Positions 16,389 through 17,243 of a stretch of 17,243 bases of DNA are shown here, one piece after another. The stretch spans positions 1-17,243 of the forward strand of contig CAYLZE010000111.1 in assembly GCA_964388035.1 (NCBI GenBank), given 5' to 3'. The notes beneath the pieces are model-generated. The model saw nothing but the letters and a program-made list of their open reading frames with translations. It did not search any database and was not told the DNA's origin. The stretch's first letter is position 1; the number at the start of each line of letters is the position of its first letter. The DNA comes from an uncultured archaeon. GTDB lineage: Archaea > Asgardarchaeota > Lokiarchaeia > Sigyniarchaeales > SOKP01. The position numbers and the translations under genes are program-made.

Positions 16389-16942
16389 GTAGGTCTTAAA
16401 TATAATGTTGCTCTAAACACTGCTATTTTATTCTTTTTTATTTTCTTTAATTTTTTGGTTTTAAATCCATTGACAAATAACATCATAAAATTTGTAATAA
16501 TTTTATTAAAAAAAAGGACTAGTTTTATAATTTATTGCCTGCTTGTGGGATAAATTAAACTCGCATTTGAGGTATTATTTTCATCCGAATAGGTAAAAAA
16601 AGAGATTTAGATCGTGCTTAAGGATACTTACATTTCTTTTAAAATTAAATAGAAAAATTCTAAATGGAATGCTTTTTAGTCAAAACAATTTTTTCCTTAT
16701 GGAACGATATATACAAAGACTTGGAACTTAAAATCATCTTTTTAGCTATAAGATGAGAGTTATAATATTTATTAAAGGGATGGGTAGGTGATTCTTATCT
16801 TTTCTTTAAAATAATACTAATTTTATTGAAAAAACCTCGAATATATTTTAATCGTCTTAATAAAAGTTGAGAAAATTTAATATTTTTTAAGGAGAAGAAA
16901 TATAAGAAGAAGAATCAAAAGATATTGTGAGATGATAAAAAG

Positions 16943-17218
16943 ATGTATAAGAAAATTTTAATCGGAGTTGACGATTCAGAGAATAGCTTGCGTGCTGTAA
17001 AAGCTGCTTTAGAAAGGTCAAAGATAGGCGCACCTCAAATAGTAGCGTTTCACTCTGTTATGCACCACGTAGCAGAACTAAATATGGGGTTCACACTACC
17101 GTCAGTAGGAAATCCTAACGCAGGTTATTCTCTTCATCAAGATTACCTTGATGCCGGTAAAAGAGCTATCAAAAAAGCGGAAGAGATATTTAAAAAAGAT
17201 AATCAAGAATGGCTTTGA
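16943..17218 (+). pseudogene. Universal stress protein copy 4, interrupted after codon 89
   Basis: Colinear with copies 1-3 up to KKDNQE (17209). Similarity is then lost abruptly and TGA follows; the C-terminal nucleotide-binding motif is missing. Confidence 0.8.
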
Positions 17219-17243
17219 TGCTATCCTTACGCAGGTTTTTGTT
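17211..17243. mobile_element. Possible terminal inverted repeat of an insertion sequence (IS5/IS903-like or IS6-like end), truncated by the window end
   Basis: Non-USP sequence begins at 17211 with GGCTTTGATGC, resembling the IS903 end (GGCTTTGTTG..) and IS6-family ends (GGC.CTGTTGC..). Only 33 bp are visible and no transposase is seen. Confidence 0.45.

Noticed and set aside
15128-16756. ORFs 15128..15325 (-), 16301..16486 (-) and a 30-codon ORF at 16664..16756 (+)
   Set aside because: The first two are antisense to USP genes; the third is short with no motif or homolog in the other spacers.
14172-17218. USP array as a CRISPR-like or cassette (integron-like) array
   Set aside because: The repeat units are whole genes with promoters. 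There are no short identical repeats with unique spacers, no attC-like hairpins and no recombinase or cas gene in view.

Overview
AT-rich archaeal-style chromosomal window. Gene content and style suggest an Asgard archaeon (Lokiarchaeia-like), but this is inference only. From left to right: the 5' end of pstS (runs off the left edge), divergent from an AbrB-PhoU regulator across a palindrome-rich 624-bp spacer; a CPBP (CAAX/Abi) intramembrane protease whose 5' end abuts a decayed acyl-CoA ligase C-terminal remnant; a PAS-PAS histidine kinase; an M42 peptidase; a thioesterase-sulfatase-thioesterase cluster; two tandem paralogous HTH-like/Cys-rich/2x[4Fe-4S] proteins of unknown function; a 6-TM protein with internal repeats; a decayed PIN/VapC remnant; a second sulfatase-family enzyme with an extra C-terminal helical domain; and a four-copy universal stress protein (USP) array with co-duplicated promoters and mosaic sequence. 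The last USP copy is cut at 17211 by what looks like an IS end. I see no rRNA, tRNA or CRISPR array. No single clearly novel system can be proven from sequence alone. The best leads are the Fe-S protein pair, the non-canonical sulfatases with their thioesterase partners, the nested inverted repeat upstream of phoU, and the USP array.
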